In this document: piece by piece, positions 1-9,063 of the stretch
How positions within the stretch are numbered: the first letter of the stretch is position 1
Layout: each line of letters opens with the position of its first letter
Source: an uncultured virus (IMG/VR IMGVR_UViG_3300042560_002469)
Taxonomy: Duplodnaviria; Heunggongvirae; Uroviricota; Caudoviricetes
IMG/VR virus record: IMGVR_UViG_3300042560_002469
DNA length: 64,000 nt
Direction: 5' to 3' (one strand)
Notes under the pieces: generated by a model
Told to the model about the DNA's origin: nothing
Databases searched by the model: none
The model's input: only the letters and a program-made list of their open reading frames with translations
Made by a program: the position numbers and the translations under genes

Positions 1-7
1 GTGGACT

Positions 8-436
8 TTGCCCGCTACGGATGGCAGCAGCTCACAGGCGTTGAGCACCAACGGCAGCGGCGTGCTGTCCTGGGCGAGCTTTGCAGTACTGGCCACAGCT
101 CAGACGTTCACCGCTGCTCAGAGGGGCACCATCTCAGCGCTGACTGATGGCGCAACGATCACGGCAGACTTTGCACTGGCGAATAATTTTTCAGTCACGC
201 TGGGCGGCAATCGGACTCTCGGCAACCCCAGTAACCTGACAGCGGGGCAGAGCGGCTGCATTTGGATTACACAGGATGGCACCGGCAATCGAACCTTGTC
301 GTATGACGGCTATTGGGACTTTACGGGAGGCACGCCACCACTGCTGACCACCACTGCCGCTGCTGTTGACTGCTTGGTGTATGCCGTGCAGAGCAGCACC
401 CGTATTACCGCCACCCTGATCACCAACCTGAGCTGA
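8..436 (+). CDS. Tail fibre-associated protein (5' end probably outside the window)
   Basis: G/S/T-rich; 'DFALANNFSVTLGGNRTLGNPSNL...ITQDGTGNRTL' is typical of phage fibre C-terminal modules; stop overlaps next start. Confidence 0.65.
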   Translation: MPATDGSSSQALSTNGSGVLSWASFAVLATAQTFTAAQRGTISALTDGATITADFALANNFSVTLGGNRTLGNPSNLTAGQSGCIWITQDGTGNRTLSYDGYWDFTGGTPPLLTTTAAAVDCLVYAVQSSTRITATLITNLS

Positions 437-2922
437 TGCTGGTCCCCGGTTCCGCTAACCCGCTCCTGCTTCGTACTGTCGCCGCCGCCGCAGGGGGTAT
501 CTCCAGGTCGCTGCGTTTCAATAGTAGTGACAGTGCCTACTGTTCCAGAGTTCCCGCATCTGCTGGAGACCGTAGAAAGTTCACCTTTGCAGCGTGGGTA
601 AAGATTGCATCTTTAACCGCTGGGCAGAATGTTTTGTTTAGCGTTACCGACGGCACGACGCCTTTTGCGATTTCATGGCAGTCGGATGGTGCGCTTATAT
701 TTGGAAATTTAAGTTTTGCATGGAAAGAAACGACTGCAAAACTTAGGGATTATTCAGCGTGGTATCACATTTGCGTCTCGGTTGATACCGATCAAGCGTC
801 AAACGCAAACAGGCTTAAGTTTTATGTAAACGGGGCCCAGCAAACAGATTTTTCGACCAACAGAGATCTTTACTTAAACACCAATATTGCAGTCAACGGA
901 GCTTTCACGCACGAGATTGGTCGTTATTCAGCAGGCTCAAATCAGTATTTCAATGGCCTCTTGGCCGATGTATTTTTTATTGATGGTCAACAACTGACCC
1001 CCAGCAGCTTCACCGAAACCGACGCCACCACCGGCCAGCTTATCCCGAAGGCATATACCGGCAGCTACGGCACGAACGGATTCCACCTGGAGTTCGCGGA
1101 CAACAGCTCTAACACCGCGACCACATTAGGGAAGGACACTAGTGGCAACAGCAACAACTGGACGCCGAACAACCTGTCGGTCACCGCTGGTGCAGGCAAC
1201 GATTCGCTGGTGGATGTACCGATCAACGGCAGCCAGACGGATACGGGCGTGGGGGGTGAGGTTAGGGGGAATTACTGCACGATCAACCCACTGAATAACG
1301 GTGGCGTAACTCTGGTTAACGGCAACCTTGACTGGACACGATCAGCAGCAGGTAGCACTGCTGTTGCGTATTCCACAATCGCTGTCTCATCAGGCAAGTG
1401 GTACTTTGAAACCACAATGAATGGCGCCGGCAGTGGCGTCAACTGGGAGTGCGGTGTAGCCACTACAACCACAGCCAATAACATTCGCCCTGGCACAACA
1501 GCAACTGGATGGGGCTTAGTGACCAGTAGCACCACGATCATCTACAAGCAGAACAGCAATAGCCTCACGTCAATTTTCAGTGGCACGCTTTCTACCGGCG
1601 ATGTTATTGGCGTGGCCTTTGATCTTGACAATGGACGCATCTGGTTTGCACGTAATGGCACGTGGCTAGAAGGCAGTCCCTCTGCTGGCACTGGTGCTAG
1701 CTACACCAACCTTTCCGGCACTGTATCCGCCTTCTTTGGTGGTGACGGCACTGCGGTTAATGGCGCCGCAAACTTCGGCGCTCGTAGTTTCGCCTACACG
1801 GCCCCCAGCGGCTTCAAGGCGCTCTGCACGGCAAACCTGCCCGCTCCGGCGGTGGTGAAAAGTAATACGGCGATGGATGTGCTTACGTGGACGGGCACTG
1901 GTGGCGGCAGAACGCTAACTGGTTTGGCATTCTCGCCGGATTTGGTTTGGGGTAAATCAAGAAGTGCTGCTTACAACCATCAGCTATACGATGTTGTTCG
2001 TGGTGCAGGAAATACTAAAGACCTATCGTCAAGTCTTACCGCTGCAGAGGGGTCAGCAACCGTAGCCGCGAGTACATATGGTTATCTAAGCGCGTTCACA
2101 TCTGATGGTTTTACTGTCGCCAATGGCACCGATGGAAGCCTCCCTGGCGCATATTGGAATGCATCAGGAACAACCTACGTCGGCTGGTGCTGGGACGCCG
2201 GAAGCTCCACCGTCACGAACACACAAGGCTCCATCACTTCTAGTGTCAGGGCCAACGCGACGGCGGGTTTCTCGATTGTTACGTACACCGGCAATGGCAC
2301 CAACAACGCCACCGTTGGTCATGGTCTTGGCGTAGCTCCGCGCTTTCTGATTGGGATGGATCGCACGGGTGGAAACTGGCAGGTCTGGGGAGCCAATATG
2401 AATAATGGCTCGTTTGATTGCATCATGAATCTCAATACAAGTGGTGCACTTGCTACAGGAATTACGACACGGTTTAGGGCGGCGTCGTCAACCACATTCA
2501 CAATCGGAACGGACGGAGACATCAACGCAAACGGAAACACCTATGTGACGTACTGCTTCGCCCCAGTAGTCGGGTACTCTTCTTTCGGCAGTTATACCGG
2601 CAACGGCAGCGCGGATGGGCCGTTTGTGTATACCGGGTTTAGGCCCAGGTGGATCGTTTGCAAATGCAGCAGTACCAATAACGGTTACACATTCTGGGAA
2701 ATAACTGACACGGCTCGTGGTCCGTATAACCCTTCGACGCCTACTCTTGCCGCAGACCTCAGTGATGCTGAAGGTTCAGCGAATCTCGGGGCTCCCCCTG
2801 TGGACATGCTCTCGAACGGTTTCAAGATTAGAACCATTGGTAGTGGAAAGAATCTCAGCGGCCAGACCTACATCTACGCCGCCTTTGCTGAGACGCCCTT
2901 CAACTACGCCCGCGCCCGCTGA
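436..2922 (+). CDS. Tail fibre / receptor-binding protein with LamG (ConA-like) and SPRY-like domains
   Basis: 828 aa; 'SLRFN...FTFAAWVK...WYHI' (LamG), 'SSGKWYFE...GDVIGVAFDLDNG' (SPRY), repeated YTGNG motifs, ends YARAR. Confidence 0.8.
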   Translation: MLVPGSANPLLLRTVAAAAGGISRSLRFNSSDSAYCSRVPASAGDRRKFTFAAWVKIASLTAGQNVLFSVTDGTTPFAISWQSDGALIFGNLSFAWKETTAKLRDYSAWYHICVSVDTDQASNANRLKFYVNGAQQTDFSTNRDLYLNTNIAVNGAFTHEIGRYSAGSNQYFNGLLADVFFIDGQQLTPSSFTETDATTGQLIPKAYTGSYGTNGFHLEFADNSSNTATTLGKDTSGNSNNWTPNNLSVTAGAGNDSLVDVPINGSQTDTGVGGEVRGNYCTINPLNNGGVTLVNGNLDWTRSAAGSTAVAYSTIAVSSGKWYFETTMNGAGSGVNWECGVATTTTANNIRPGTTATGWGLVTSSTTIIYKQNSNSLTSIFSGTLSTGDVIGVAFDLDNGRIWFARNGTWLEGSPSAGTGASYTNLSGTVSAFFGGDGTAVNGAANFGARSFAYTAPSGFKALCTANLPAPAVVKSNTAMDVLTWTGTGGGRTLTGLAFSPDLVWGKSRSAAYNHQLYDVVRGAGNTKDLSSSLTAAEGSATVAASTYGYLSAFTSDGFTVANGTDGSLPGAYWNASGTTYVGWCWDAGSSTVTNTQGSITSSVRANATAGFSIVTYTGNGTNNATVGHGLGVAPRFLIGMDRTGGNWQVWGANMNNGSFDCIMNLNTSGALATGITTRFRAASSTTFTIGTDGDINANGNTYVTYCFAPVVGYSSFGSYTGNGSADGPFVYTGFRPRWIVCKCSSTNNGYTFWEITDTARGPYNPSTPTLAADLSDAEGSANLGAPPVDMLSNGFKIRTIGSGKNLSGQTYIYAAFAETPFNYARAR

Positions 2923-3175
2923 CCCCACAAGTGAACAAGACTAGAATGCTTAATGACAGAGCCTGGGCCCCTGTTGCGTCCCGATGAGGCGTATCACGCT
3001 TAGGCCATCCCATTAAAAAGGGACAGGATCTCACCCCTGCCCCCTTGTGCAACGGAATATCACGACCGTTGCGTTGCTGCTTTCTGGTCAGCCCAAGCAA
3101 TGTAGCACATGGTATGGTGGTGGAGCGGCGCAGTGCTACCTGCCCGCCCCATGACCGCCGATTGGAGGATCGACG

Positions 3176-3583
3176 ATGCCCCAAGACTACCCGAAACCCA
3201 TTGTGCCGCCGCCGGAGCTGAGCGACGAGCAAGTAGGCGAATGGCTAATTGACGATGACTACCCGTGGGATCCCTCGGAGCAAGCTGTTATCACCATCAC
3301 CCCCAGCCGACTCAAGAACGTTGCGCGTCAGGCTTACCAGGCAGGCGCCGACCAGGAGTTGGAGGCGTGTTGCCTGGAGATTATTGACGGGGTGTGCCGT
3401 CTCTATGTCGATGAGACCAAGCTTCGTGAGCGCTTAGCCAATGACCTCCGCGCCGCCCGCCGCCCTAAGCCGCCGTCACTGAAAGAGCAGGCGTTAGACG
3501 CCCACAATCGAATGATGGCTGGAGAAGAAACACAAGATGATTGGGCGATTGTCCGCCGCGCACTGGAGCAACTCGATGACTGA
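3176..3583 (+). CDS. Hypothetical protein, modular family A (PPPEL...GADQEL...RPKPPSLKEQAL...RRALE)
   Basis: GGAGG RBS; paralogous to 21376-21744 and 21737-22093. Confidence 0.75.
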   Translation: MPQDYPKPIVPPPELSDEQVGEWLIDDDYPWDPSEQAVITITPSRLKNVARQAYQAGADQELEACCLEIIDGVCRLYVDETKLRERLANDLRAARRPKPPSLKEQALDAHNRMMAGEETQDDWAIVRRALEQLDD

Positions 3584-4115
3584 CTACACAGCCACGCCCG
3601 GGCAGTGGGCAGATGTTGAAGATTGGGCCGCCAATAATGGTACCAGCCACGCTTGCATCCTCGAACTCCGCGCTAGGGTCGAGGCACTGGAGGCTGCAGC
3701 TCACAAACACATTCTCGAAACCAATTCCAACATTGTTGCCTTGTTTACCCGTGTTGAGTCACTTGAAGCAACTGAACGCGGCGCATCAAAGGTCTACGAA
3801 ATCAGCAAGCCGCTGAAACTTACCGCAAAGCAGCAGGAGCAGTTGAACGTATTGCTGCGGCCAGCCACTTCACAACCATCTCCTAACTCCTCCCAAGTTG
3901 GTAGTTCACTGGTGGATCGGGTGAGTACAGCGATTGCGCTGGAGGATGAAAAGCACTACTGGCCGTCCACTGAGGGCGACGCAAGGGATGTAGTCGAAAG
4001 CGACATGGCCCGCGCTGCGATCCGCGAGGTAGCAGCTTGGATGACCAGCAACCCTGATGTTTATTTCCCACCTGCACTTGTCTTTGCTCTTGAACAGGAG
4101 GCCGACCGTGGCTGA
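3576..4115 (+). CDS. Hypothetical protein, modular family B (ATPxQW...LELRARVE...ARAAIREVA)
   Basis: ATG overlaps upstream gene end; paralogous to 20631-21383 and 22208-22585. Confidence 0.75.
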   Translation: MTDYTATPGQWADVEDWAANNGTSHACILELRARVEALEAAAHKHILETNSNIVALFTRVESLEATERGASKVYEISKPLKLTAKQQEQLNVLLRPATSQPSPNSSQVGSSLVDRVSTAIALEDEKHYWPSTEGDARDVVESDMARAAIREVAAWMTSNPDVYFPPALVFALEQEADRG

Positions 4116-4302
4116 CCTATCCCCCTCCGCGCAGGCGGTGCTAGATGCGTACAACGCAGGATTTATTCGACCAGTTGCTGTGCATCACAAACCGCGCATC
4201 GCCGCCGCCCTGCGAGCTATTGTACAAGAACTTAAGTATTTTGGTATCACTGAGAAAAACATCCTCGCCATCGCCGCCGAGCTGGAGGGTGCCAATGACT
4301 GA
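4108..4302 (+). CDS. Hypothetical protein, modular family C (LSPxAQAVLD...IAAALRA...ILAIAAELE)
   Basis: GTG start after GGAGG; paralogous to 19459-19665 and 19874-20176. Confidence 0.7.
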   Translation: MADLSPSAQAVLDAYNAGFIRPVAVHHKPRIAAALRAIVQELKYFGITEKNILAIAAELEGAND

Positions 4303-4630
4303 CTTCCGAGCGCTGTGCGCTGAGTTAGCCGATTCCTTGGAAGACTGGCTAAGTTCCAATTTTATTGGAGGCATTTCACTTGACGATGGCACAGATGCCG
4401 AATTGATCTTCCGAGCCCGCGCCGCCCTGGCCCAGCCCGAGCCGCAGGGGCCGACGGATGAAGAGCTACTGGAGCTGATGCCTGAGACCATGCGGGATGA
4501 GTTTTCCTACGCGGCCAAGGTCTGCTCTGACGCAACCGGCGGCAAAGTCGAACCCGGCATCTTTCGCGTGGCACTCAACACTGCTGCACTGGAGTACGCC
4601 CAAGCAGTTCTAGCCCGTTACGCCCAGTAG
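4295..4630 (+). CDS. Hypothetical protein, modular family D (MTDFRALCAEL...ARAALAQPEPQGPTD.EL)
   Basis: Paralogous to 20184-20459, including a 32-bp identical block. Confidence 0.75.
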   Translation: MTDFRALCAELADSLEDWLSSNFIGGISLDDGTDAELIFRARAALAQPEPQGPTDEELLELMPETMRDEFSYAAKVCSDATGGKVEPGIFRVALNTAALEYAQAVLARYAQ

Positions 4631-4644
4631 TCATTCCAACTTCC

Positions 4645-4800
4645 ATGCAAACAATTTTAATCGAAGCGCCAAAAAAGCTTCTGGGGGATGCGCCTCCCCT
4701 TGCGGTTTTAGCGATTTATTCTCCTGTCTTGCTATTTGCAGGTTTTTTAATTGTTGGTTCGATCTGGCAAGCAATTTTTAATCCTTACAAAAACAAGTAG
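4645..4800 (+). CDS. Small AT-rich membrane peptide (51 aa, MQTILIEAPKK...IFNPYKNK)
   Basis: Translated by hand; one hydrophobic stretch; bounded by TAGTC-N6-RCTW motifs. Confidence 0.5.
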   Translation: MQTILIEAPKKLLGDAPPLAVLAIYSPVLLFAGFLIVGSIWQAIFNPYKNK

Positions 4801-4809
4801 TCGCTTCCG

Positions 4810-5028
4810 CTACACGCCCTGCAGTTTGTCCACGCTTTCCGAAAAGCGCCACATAGCGTCGGCATAACTTGCTCCGATAGGCTCGGGTTGCGGCTCTGGT
4901 GTTTTGTATCCAGCCTGGTCCAGTACGGCACGGGCAAAGTCGAGCACGCCCTGATCGCTGAAGCAGATGTAATTGGTGAAGCAGTTTGCGTGCATGTACA
5001 TGATCTCTTGAATTTGTTCGTCAGTCAT
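4810..5028 (-). CDS. Hypothetical protein
   Basis: 72 aa; shares 'DFARAVL' with family D; directly downstream of the recombinase. Confidence 0.55.
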   Translation of the reverse strand: MTDEQIQEIMYMHANCFTNYICFSDQGVLDFARAVLDQAGYKTPEPQPEPIGASYADAMWRFSESVDKLQGV

Positions 5029-5054
5029 GGGAATAGGAAGAAAAGGTTAATTGG

Positions 5055-5903
5055 TCAGAGCACGGGCATTTCGTATTCTTGAGTGACATTGCAGTAGTGC
5101 TTCCAAATCACTTCTGAACTATTTCCCGCCCATTTAGCTACTTGCGCCACGGGAATGCCTCCCTCTATCCACCTGCTGATGGCGGTGTGACGCAGGTCAT
5201 ATGGCCGATAGCGATGGGAAGTGAGGCCAGCGGCGTGCAACTCTTTGGCTCTGTCGTAAAAGAAAGATTGAAAAGCGTAGCGATTGTACGGGAAAATGAA
5301 CTCATCACCTTTTTCCATCGTGTTCAAAATTTCCAAGCACCTGCCGTTCAATGGTACCGCTCGTTTTTTGTTTGTTTTTGTGCTGTTCTTAAGCCCATGA
5401 GTGAGAGTGTAATTGCTGTGAACAAGGGCGCGATTGTCCTTGATATCTTCCCATCGCAATGCCCTTACCTCGCCTGTCCTCATGGCAGTTTGAAGCATGA
5501 ATTCTGAATAGGCAGCCCAATTGTGCTTATGTTGACGCGCCTCAAAGGCAGAGAGCAAAAGCGACACTTCATTGCGCGGTATAACAATGATTTCTTCGTC
5601 TGCCTGAGGGGGTTTTGGCATGCGAAAAGTGGTGATTGGATTTCGTTCTAGATAGCCAATATCCTCGCTTGAAGCCCACCGATAGAGCGACTTGATGTAC
5701 ATCGCAACTCGCCGCGTGCTTTTTACTGGACTTTGCGACAACACCCATGTCATAACTTGCCGTCCTTCTTTTAAGTCGGTTATGGGGCATCGTTCAATCC
5801 ATTTGCTCACCTGCTTGTAATCGGCCTCAAACGTGGTCGGGTGGACAACGGTACTTCGTTCCTGCTTGAATTCGAGCCAGGCCTGCTGAAGGGTTTTATG
5901 CAT
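5055..5903 (-). CDS. Tyrosine recombinase / integrase, cyanobacterial type
   Basis: Catalytic set: R (TAMRTGEV), K (STKTNK), YDLRH, GNS, Y (KHY); no obvious N-terminal arm-binding domain. Confidence 0.9.
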   Translation of the reverse strand: MHKTLQQAWLEFKQERSTVVHPTTFEADYKQVSKWIERCPITDLKEGRQVMTWVLSQSPVKSTRRVAMYIKSLYRWASSEDIGYLERNPITTFRMPKPPQADEEIIVIPRNEVSLLLSAFEARQHKHNWAAYSEFMLQTAMRTGEVRALRWEDIKDNRALVHSNYTLTHGLKNSTKTNKKRAVPLNGRCLEILNTMEKGDEFIFPYNRYAFQSFFYDRAKELHAAGLTSHRYRPYDLRHTAISRWIEGGIPVAQVAKWAGNSSEVIWKHYCNVTQEYEMPVL

Positions 5904-5961
5904 GGAATGGAGTATGCCAGGGTCAGGGTATAATACACTGAGACTTCCCGCTCCAGCACTT

Positions 5962-6489
5962 GTGTTCCTTCTTGACGGCAAACCCTTGGCCCCAGATGTG
6001 GCCTTCACGCACGATGGGATTCAGTATCCGGCTAATTTTCTGAGACTAAGCAGCCCAGAAGAACGTGCAGCCATTGGTATCACTGAAGTACCTGACCCTC
6101 CGGTTTACGACCAGCGTTTTTACTGGGGCTACGACGCCGAGGGCAAGCTGATCCCTAAGGACCACACGCAACTGGTTGAGCAGTGGGTGCAGCAGACGCG
6201 CACCACGGCCAATACCCTGCTGGCCCCTACGGACTGGATCATCATCCGCGAAGCTGACAACGGCAAAGCTGCTGACCCACTGCTTAAGACTTGGCGCGAG
6301 GACATCCGCCTGGCTACCGGCGTGAAGGTGGGAGTAATTCGTGACACCCTTGACACCACCGATCTCGCTGCCTACATCACTGGCGCCAACTACCCTGTGT
6401 GGCCTGCTGACCCGTATGCGCCGCAGCCGGCTTCAGAGTCGAACGACGACACTATGATGTTTTCGAATAGTACTACCAGCGGCTTCTAA
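5962..6489 (+). CDS. Tail fibre assembly / chaperone-like protein
   Basis: GTG start; 'FLLDGKPL...QYPANFLRLSSPEERAAIGITEV...LLAPTDW', typical of fibre-adjacent proteins. Confidence 0.7.
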   Translation: MFLLDGKPLAPDVAFTHDGIQYPANFLRLSSPEERAAIGITEVPDPPVYDQRFYWGYDAEGKLIPKDHTQLVEQWVQQTRTTANTLLAPTDWIIIREADNGKAADPLLKTWREDIRLATGVKVGVIRDTLDTTDLAAYITGANYPVWPADPYAPQPASESNDDTMMFSNSTTSGF

Positions 6490-6629
6490 TGGCAGTAAAG
6501 GCAAAAGCGGGCGCCTCGAGCTCGAAACGGATTATTATCAGTCAGCCCAAAACCACCAGACAAGGCAACGGCAAAAATAGCAAGCCAAGCCACGGTCGAA
6601 AACTAAGGATTGGCCAGGGCAAGCGTTAA
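6489..6629 (+). CDS. Small basic protein (46 aa, MAVKAK...RQGNGKNSK...IGQGKR)
   Basis: Translated by hand; TAATG coupling to upstream gene; K/R/G-rich. Confidence 0.65.
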   Translation: MAVKAKAGASSSKRIIISQPKTTRQGNGKNSKPSHGRKLRIGQGKR

Positions 6630-6681
6630 TTGACCTATCAGGACAAGGAGGCTACCATGACGGGGTCTCCTTTTTCATGCA

Positions 6682-6918
6682 ATGGCACTGGTCAACACAA
6701 TTTCCTTTTCCCATCGTTTTTCTGATGATGGAGTTTGCCACGATACTTGTTCGTATCAAGAAATCAATCACGTTTACAGTGCCGATGCCGCTCCTGCAGT
6801 GGCAAGGGCTTTCTATCAGTTCATGATGGCTTGCGGCTACGCGCCACAAAGTGTTTCTGACGCCATGATTTCAATTGCCACGGAACACGACGAGGCTTAT
6901 GGAAACCAGAAAGATTAG
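6682..6918 (+). CDS. Hypothetical protein
   Basis: 78-aa ORF filling the intergenic space. Confidence 0.55.
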   Translation: MALVNTISFSHRFSDDGVCHDTCSYQEINHVYSADAAPAVARAFYQFMMACGYAPQSVSDAMISIATEHDEAYGNQKD

Positions 6919-6942
6919 GATAGAGGGAAATGAGGATGAATC

Positions 6943-8166
6943 GTGGGACAAGTTGTAAAGGGTGGAGAGCAGTTTGAAACTCACATTCTTGCCGACTATC
7001 GAGGCCAACTTGTTCAAAGTGGCGTAGATAGTGGCGCCGTCGATGCCTTTGGAAGACAGCGTACAAGCAGTCCTTATACGCTGTTTGACAGCACAATGCG
7101 CTATGACAAGCGCCCTGATCAATGGTTCGACAGCATTGTTGGCAGTGGCACTTCTACCTTCTTGACAAATGAAAGCAGCGTGGCGATGACAGTCACCACG
7201 GCTTCTGGCGATACAGTTCTTCGCCGCACCAAGCAAAATTTCCCCTATCAAGCGGGCAAGAGTATGATGCTTTTGCAAAGTTTTGCCGGCGCTTCATTGG
7301 CTTCTGGGCTTATTCAAGAGGCTGGTTTATTTAATGATCAAAATGGAGTGATGGTTCGAGCTAGTGGAACCACGGTTCAGTTTGTCATTAGAAGCTATTC
7401 TTCTGGCGCAGTGGTTGAAAATGTCGTTAATCAATCATCCTGGAACATAAATACACTGAGCTCCCTTGATTTTTCAAAAGCGCAAATCTTTGCTGCTGAC
7501 TTGGAGTGGCTTGGCGTTGGACGTGTGAGGTGTGGGTTTGTTGTCAATGGAGAAGTGACTTACTGCCACGAATTTGAGCATTTTAATGCGCTCGATAGCG
7601 TTTATATGACAACTGCCATTTTGCCATTGTCATACCGAATTCACAATGCAACTGCTCAAGCCTCTGGCGCGACGATGAAGCAGATTTGCTGCAGTGTCCT
7701 TAGCGAAGGAGGCTACGAACCGGACGGCGCAATTTATTCTGTTGGCCATGATCTTGCGACCGTTCCTAATACGTCTGGTGAAAGAATTACAGCAGGCATT
7801 CGAATGGCTAGCGGTCGCACTGGAAATGTAATCTTGCCAGTTCGCATTTCAACTACTACCGCCTCCAGTGACGTGGTGCTATGGCGCTTGCGTCTAAACC
7901 CCACCCTTTCGAACGTTAGCTGGACAGCGGCAAACAATGGCCGTGGAAATGTAGAAGTGACGACAAGCGGCACTGCTACGGGAGGCACGGTTATCGACTC
8001 TGGCTTCGTCAGCCAAGGCAGTGCCAATAACTATGCAGTGGCAGAGGCCATTCGTCTTGCCCTCGGGCAAAACGCTTCCGGAGTGAGTGACACTCTTATT
8101 TTGACTGTTGACAGTTCTGTCAGCGCCAAAGCATTGGGCATGATTGGCTGGGTGGAAGTAGTATAG
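6943..8166 (+). CDS. Putative virion structural protein
   Basis: 407 aa, beta-rich; 'DAFGR..S.PYTLFDS' and 'DLEWLGVGRVRCGF' motifs of a common phage structural family. Confidence 0.65.
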   Translation: MGQVVKGGEQFETHILADYRGQLVQSGVDSGAVDAFGRQRTSSPYTLFDSTMRYDKRPDQWFDSIVGSGTSTFLTNESSVAMTVTTASGDTVLRRTKQNFPYQAGKSMMLLQSFAGASLASGLIQEAGLFNDQNGVMVRASGTTVQFVIRSYSSGAVVENVVNQSSWNINTLSSLDFSKAQIFAADLEWLGVGRVRCGFVVNGEVTYCHEFEHFNALDSVYMTTAILPLSYRIHNATAQASGATMKQICCSVLSEGGYEPDGAIYSVGHDLATVPNTSGERITAGIRMASGRTGNVILPVRISTTTASSDVVLWRLRLNPTLSNVSWTAANNGRGNVEVTTSGTATGGTVIDSGFVSQGSANNYAVAEAIRLALGQNASGVSDTLILTVDSSVSAKALGMIGWVEVV

Positions 8167-8190
8167 AAAGCACTTTCGCGGACCATCGCC

Positions 8191-8412
8191 TTGGAACTAG
8201 GTTTTAGGGAAAGCCAGCAAGAAGCGCTTGCCGAAATCTTGCAAGAGCTAATGACAGACGAAGATTGTGCGGATGCCTGTCACGAAACGATTGTCGCGGC
8301 CATCGATTCGTGGTTAAATTATCACGAGAAGGAATTGCGCAAATGGAAGGCCTTGAGAGGCAAGATGATTCAATTGCCAACGATGGAAGACAGTCCTTTG
8401 GTGATTGGTTGA
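8191..8412 (+). CDS. Hypothetical protein
   Basis: ORF with protein-like composition. Confidence 0.45.
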   Translation: MELGFRESQQEALAEILQELMTDEDCADACHETIVAAIDSWLNYHEKELRKWKALRGKMIQLPTMEDSPLVIG

Positions 8413-8693
8413 ATTCGCCCGAACTGAAAAAGCTTCAAGAATCTTTTGCTGCTTTTGAACGAAACCAGCAGGCAAGCGATGATGCTTGGTGGGACAGCTT
8501 GGACTACGAAAGCCGGGCAAGGGCTTTCCGGCAGATTGCAAAACTGATGTATCGCGCCGAAGTGGAAGATCGCGGTTCTTATCGATGGGCCGTTTATGAC
8601 GTGTTTGGGCTGGAATATGGCGATGGACTTGCGCACTACATGGCGCTGCACAACTTTATTGGGATGGGTCTTGATTCCCGAGTGTCCAAGTGA
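8409..8693 (+). CDS. Hypothetical protein (start uncertain)
   Basis: TTGA overlap with upstream stop; 'RGSYRWAVYDVFG'. Confidence 0.5.
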   Translation: MNSPELKKLQESFAAFERNQQASDDAWWDSLDYESRARAFRQIAKLMYRAEVEDRGSYRWAVYDVFGLEYGDGLAHYMALHNFIGMGLDSRVSK

Positions 8694-9063
8694 TGCGGAG
8701 TTCTGCGCCAAGGGCCTTGATCGCCTCGCTGGCATCGTCTGGCGCTTCGTGGACGATCATCACGCTTGGCACCACTGCGTCGAGCAAAGGCGTCACAGTG
8801 GCCCTCGGGAAAAGCTCCTGAGCTTTGGCGGCAAGAGTTTCTGAGCGATGCTCTCGCTCTTCTTTCTCCCATTGCTCAACCAATGTTGCAGCCTGCTTGT
8901 CAACGGCCTGTAACGTCGTTTGCGTTTTCCGTTCCACCCACGCAGGCCTGCACCATTCCAAAAGCTGTTTATACCACCACTGGGAAACGATGGAAGGGCG
9001 TTGCTTGGCCAGCTCAAGGGCCAGCTCGTAACAAAGCGCGAGGAACCATTCTCGCCAGTTCAT
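8656..9063 (-). CDS. Hypothetical protein in lysis module
   Basis: ATGA coupling to the endolysin stop. Confidence 0.6.
   Translation of the reverse strand: MNWREWFLALCYELALELAKQRPSIVSQWWYKQLLEWCRPAWVERKTQTTLQAVDKQAATLVEQWEKEEREHRSETLAAKAQELFPRATVTPLLDAVVPSVMIVHEAPDDASEAIKALGAELRITWTLGNQDPSQ

Noticed and set aside
436..2922. Diversity-generating retroelement targeting the fibre
   Set aside because: No reverse transcriptase and no template/variable repeat pair noticed
2923..5961. attL/attR direct repeats flanking the recombinase island
   Set aside because: No convincing direct repeat seen by eye at the two ends
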